From Polyangia bacterium (GTDB taxonomy: Bacteria; Myxococcota_A; Polyangia; JAAYKL01), in contig JBNKCR010000021.1 in the NCBI GenBank assembly GCA_050287845.1, forward strand, positions 1 to 40,251: 40,251 nt of DNA, given 5' to 3'. The translations under genes and the position numbers were made by a program. Each line of letters opens with the position of its first letter. Position 1 is the stretch's first letter. Below the pieces are notes generated by a model that did not search any database, had not been told where the DNA came from, and worked only from the letters and a program-made list of their open reading frames with translations. This document shows positions 37,014-40,251 of this stretch, one piece after another.

Positions 37014-40000
37014 ATGAAACAGTACGTATTTTTTTTAATTGCGTTGTTTGCGCTGGGAGGAGGAGGATTTTTATCGTGCTCATCCTTGCTGGATATGGAT
37101 GATGCGTCCGACGAAGATACCTCCTCGGAAACAGATACAGATACTTCCGAGACTTCAGACTCCGACAGCAATTCTGATACAGATACCAGCAGCGTCGAAT
37201 CCGATACCTATACCGAATCTGAATCGGAATCCGCGACTGAAACGGGAACCAGTGTCGACACTGGTTCCAATGTTGATACTGTAACATCGGATAAAGATAC
37301 CGACACGGATACGGATACCGACACCGACACCCACACCGACATGGATACGGATACGGATACGGATGCGGATACCGATACAGATTCAGATACCCGAACGGAT
37401 ACTGAATCGGGAAGTGGTTCTGGAGTGGACACCAATTTGGATTCCGATACGATAACGATTGATACCGGAGAAGTCTGCACACCGACCACGAGGGATTGCC
37501 GTTCGACCGATGACTACAATTGCAACAATGCGCCAGACAATGGTGAAGATGCGTGTAATATCTGCAATGCCGGTGATACCGAAGAATGTGATGCTCACGG
37601 AGTTTTTGATGGAAACGGCGACTGTCAGGCCGGAACCAGGAAATGTGAGTATTCAGACGATTTCAGCAGTGTAGACTGGACGCCATGTACCGGTTCTGTT
37701 GGGCCAAGTTCTCTCGATTGCTCTTCTTCTGATGACAATAACTGCGATGGTATTGACGACAACCTTACACCTGAGTGTGTCTGTACGATAGGGGATACGG
37801 ATGACATCTGTTTTGTTGAGGGTTGGAGTGGCGCACCGGCACCGGAAGGGATCTGTCACACCGGTACCCGAGGATGTCAGTCCGTCGGAATATGGGAACC
37901 CTGTTCCGGTTACCAGGGACCTTTGGCCCGTGATTGTACCTCTGAACTGGATAATGATTGCAATGGACTCCCTGATTATGGCGAAGATCCGTGCAGTGTA
38001 TGCAGCCTTGACGAAGATACCGAAGTGGACTGCAATACCGGTTTCAATGGAATCTGTGCGGCAGGGACGCGGTTTTGTCGGTTGGAAAATGACGGGGCTG
38101 CAGTGGGGTGGAGCGCTTGTGAACAGAGCGTGGACGCCGGCACCAGGGACTGTACGTCATCGGACGACAATGATTGCAATGGGGATGCAGATGACCAGGA
38201 GTCCTATTGCACGAACTGCGATTTATCCAACGATGTGAACGTTGTCTGTAACACTGGTCTCGACGGCATATGTGCCCCGGGAACTCGTTCCTGTGAGCTG
38301 AAAAATGGTGGTGCAAGTGTGGGATGGAGCGCATGTGCCCCAAATGTGCAGGCGGGTACCAGGGACTGCATGTCGTCAGCAGATAATGACTGCAACGGCT
38401 ACGCGGATAACCAGGAAGCTTCCTGTACTGTCTGTGATCTCAGTGATGTGGATGTTTCCTGCGATACCGGCCTCTACGGTATATGTGCCCCGGGAACGCG
38501 TTCCTGCGAATTGAAAACCGGAGGCACGAGCGTTGGATGGAGTGCTTGTGAACAGAACGTATCGGCGCAAAGTAGAAAATGTACATCATCCGCCGACAAT
38601 GACTGCAATGGCACTGCCGACAATCAGGAGTCTTATTGTACAGCTTGCAGTCTGACCAGTGATGTGAATGTGTCCTGCGACACGGGAAAATATGGTGTCT
38701 GTGCGGCGGGGACACAGTCCTGTGAACTGAACAGTAGCGGTACTGCGGTGTCAATGAGCGCCTGTGTGCAGGACAATTCGCCGGGAAGCCTGAACTGCAG
38801 TTCGTCCGTTGACAACAACTGTAATGGGACGCCAGATAATCAGGAGGCCGCATGCACCCCTGCCCAGCTGAGTATTGAGGGCTCATCTGCGTTTGGCAGC
38901 CAATTCATCGGTCAATTCGTAGATCGCGAATTTACGTTGAAAAAAGATTCCGGAATCAATTCGGCAACGAGCATCAATATAACATTATCATCCACCACTT
39001 CTGGCTTTTCGATTTCAACCAACAACTGCGGCAGCTCGCTGAGTTCCAGTGCGTCATGCAAGTTCTGGGTTCGGTTTCAGCCGAGTTCACGGGGAGCCAG
39101 GAATACAACTATCAATGTGTCGTATAACAACGGACTCGGTGGATCAGAGCTGGAGCAACTGGCACTCTCCGGTCAGGGCGCAGAACTCGCGTCACTGAGC
39201 ATTTCTCCCTCGTCTAAAAATTTCGGTTCGATTCTGATAGGCACCACCAGTGCCGCGACCACCTTCCGGATTACGAATATTTCCCGGGATACCACTGCAA
39301 CGAGCGTCTCTCGGAGCTCGAACGACAATAACTTTACTATAGCTGGCACTTGCGACTCACTGGCGCCAGGCGCGTACTGTGATATCTCAGTTCGGTTTGC
39401 GCCAGTCGTTGAAGGTGCGGACAGCGGCACGTTGACAGTCGGATACAGCAATGGCCTCCAGACCGCCTCCGAAACAGCGTCATTGAGTGGTATCGGCTAT
39501 GATCCGTGCGGGTCAGATATCAATATCCCAGATTCAAATCTATTGGTACGCATCCGTGCTACCACTGGTGTATTGTCCGGACCAATTTCCGGCGCCGATG
39601 CAGCCGGTGTCACCTCGTTGAGCGGGATTAAACAAAGTATTTCGGATTTGACCGGATTGGAGTGCTTCACCAACCTGACGTACCTCAGTCTCGCGATAAA
39701 CACTATCACTGACATTTCCCCCCTGGCCGGGTTGACAAAGCTGAACGAACTGGTTCTGGGATCAAACCAGCAGCTCTCGAATATCTCCGCTTTGGCCGGA
39801 CTCACGAATCTGGTAACGCTCAATCTCGTCGATTGCAACCTTTCGAACATCAGTGTTCTGCAGGGACTCACCAATCTGGATAGTCTGAGCATTAGCTCCA
39901 ATGAAGGCGTCACCAGCATTGATCCATTGTACGGCAACCTCGGTCTCGGTTCAGGAGACTATGTGAACATCACCGGTACATCCATCGATTGCAGCGAGTA

Positions 40001-40055
40001 TAATCTGTTCCAGATGATTAATCGCGGTGTGGACGTGGTCAGCGATTGCAATTAA
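37014..40055 (+). CDS. Large surface lipoprotein: Asp/Thr/Ser stalk, expanded Cys-rich repeats, two Ig-like domains, LRR tip (copy 2)
   Basis: Lipobox LS-C; DTDT stalk; seven CxSxxD(N/Y)xC motifs; same Ig-like and LRR domains as copy 1. Confidence 0.87.
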   Translation: MKQYVFFLIALFALGGGGFLSCSSLLDMDDASDEDTSSETDTDTSETSDSDSNSDTDTSSVESDTYTESESESATETGTSVDTGSNVDTVTSDKDTDTDTDTDTDTHTDMDTDTDTDADTDTDSDTRTDTESGSGSGVDTNLDSDTITIDTGEVCTPTTRDCRSTDDYNCNNAPDNGEDACNICNAGDTEECDAHGVFDGNGDCQAGTRKCEYSDDFSSVDWTPCTGSVGPSSLDCSSSDDNNCDGIDDNLTPECVCTIGDTDDICFVEGWSGAPAPEGICHTGTRGCQSVGIWEPCSGYQGPLARDCTSELDNDCNGLPDYGEDPCSVCSLDEDTEVDCNTGFNGICAAGTRFCRLENDGAAVGWSACEQSVDAGTRDCTSSDDNDCNGDADDQESYCTNCDLSNDVNVVCNTGLDGICAPGTRSCELKNGGASVGWSACAPNVQAGTRDCMSSADNDCNGYADNQEASCTVCDLSDVDVSCDTGLYGICAPGTRSCELKTGGTSVGWSACEQNVSAQSRKCTSSADNDCNGTADNQESYCTACSLTSDVNVSCDTGKYGVCAAGTQSCELNSSGTAVSMSACVQDNSPGSLNCSSSVDNNCNGTPDNQEAACTPAQLSIEGSSAFGSQFIGQFVDREFTLKKDSGINSATSINITLSSTTSGFSISTNNCGSSLSSSASCKFWVRFQPSSRGARNTTINVSYNNGLGGSELEQLALSGQGAELASLSISPSSKNFGSILIGTTSAATTFRITNISRDTTATSVSRSSNDNNFTIAGTCDSLAPGAYCDISVRFAPVVEGADSGTLTVGYSNGLQTASETASLSGIGYDPCGSDINIPDSNLLVRIRATTGVLSGPISGADAAGVTSLSGIKQSISDLTGLECFTNLTYLSLAINTITDISPLAGLTKLNELVLGSNQQLSNISALAGLTNLVTLNLVDCNLSNISVLQGLTNLDSLSISSNEGVTSIDPLYGNLGLGSGDYVNITGTSIDCSEYNLFQMINRGVDVVSDCN
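37929..38850 (+). repeat. Tandem ~216-nt (72-aa) Cys-rich coding repeats
   Basis: Unit starts at 37929, 38145, 38361, 38574 and 38790 (spacings 216, 216, 213, 216). Confidence 0.88.
39495..40055 (+). repeat. Near-identical direct repeat copy B (LRR tip); partner 35105-35665
   Basis: 6 amino-acid differences in 186 residues relative to copy A. Confidence 0.95.
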
Positions 40056-40110
40056 CTCCGCCAGAGCCGACATTCATCATTTTTCAGATAAACCATATTT
40101 TTCTTGCGGA

Positions 40111-40251
40111 CTAGAGCGGCGATCGGTTTGGTGCCGCCAGCGAAATCGCGGGAATACGAGCAGCTTTGCTGCGCGCCCGCAAGGCCCGACCGAGGTGTAG
40201 CCATAGCTACATCGACCGAGGGACTGAGGACGAAAGCGCAAAGATGCCGAA
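40111..40251. repeat. Probable MITE/REP-like intergenic element, cut by the window edge
   Basis: Abrupt switch from AT-rich to GC-rich non-coding DNA at CTAGAGCGG; internal hairpin ggtgtagc-cata-gctacatc; no ORF of 60 aa or more. Confidence 0.45.

Noticed and set aside
33484..38850. CRISPR array
   Set aside because: The repeats are in-frame coding repeats without constant repeat/unique spacer structure; no cas genes.
35105..40055. Diversity-generating retroelement TR/VR pair
   Set aside because: Mismatches are mostly synonymous and not adenine-specific, both copies are coding, and there is no reverse transcriptase in the window.
40224..40236. Hammerhead ribozyme core (CTGAGGA...CGAAA)
   Set aside because: No stem II between the two core strands and no visible stems I/III.

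Overview
A 40 kb chromosomal window from a probably anaerobic Myxococcota/deltaproteobacterium-like organism (inferred from gene content, not from a marker gene). Left end (1-~4900) is an accessory scar: the end of an IS200-type tnpA with right-end hairpins, two poorly characterised genes, the 3' half of a tRNA-Arg(CCT) beside integrase-arm-like direct repeats, and a 5'-truncated B12-type radical SAM gene ending in a lipoprotein-signal-like peptide. The middle holds housekeeping and signalling genes: glnS fused to a Trbp111/MetG-type tRNA-binding domain and coupled to nikR, a nitroreductase, a 4-domain S1 protein, a REC-PP2C phosphatase, two soluble hybrid kinases, a sulfotransferase, pduO, an ECF sigma/FecR-TPR pair, argH and a FlhG/MinD-PilZ fusion. 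It also holds an hdrA-mvhD-mvhG-mvhA-tusA operon without hdrBC, whose HdrA appears to lack both residues tied to flavin-based bifurcation. The right end has two tandem copies of a coupled cassette: a TPR-PEGA membrane protein plus a large Asp-rich/Cys-repeat/Ig-like/LRR lipoprotein. The LRR tips of the two copies are ~95% identical while the rest is far more diverged. A MITE-like palindromic element runs off the window edge. The best candidates for undescribed systems are the atypical HdrA-Mvh-TusA module and the TPR-PEGA/lipoprotein cassettes. All calls are by-eye motif recognition; no searches were run.
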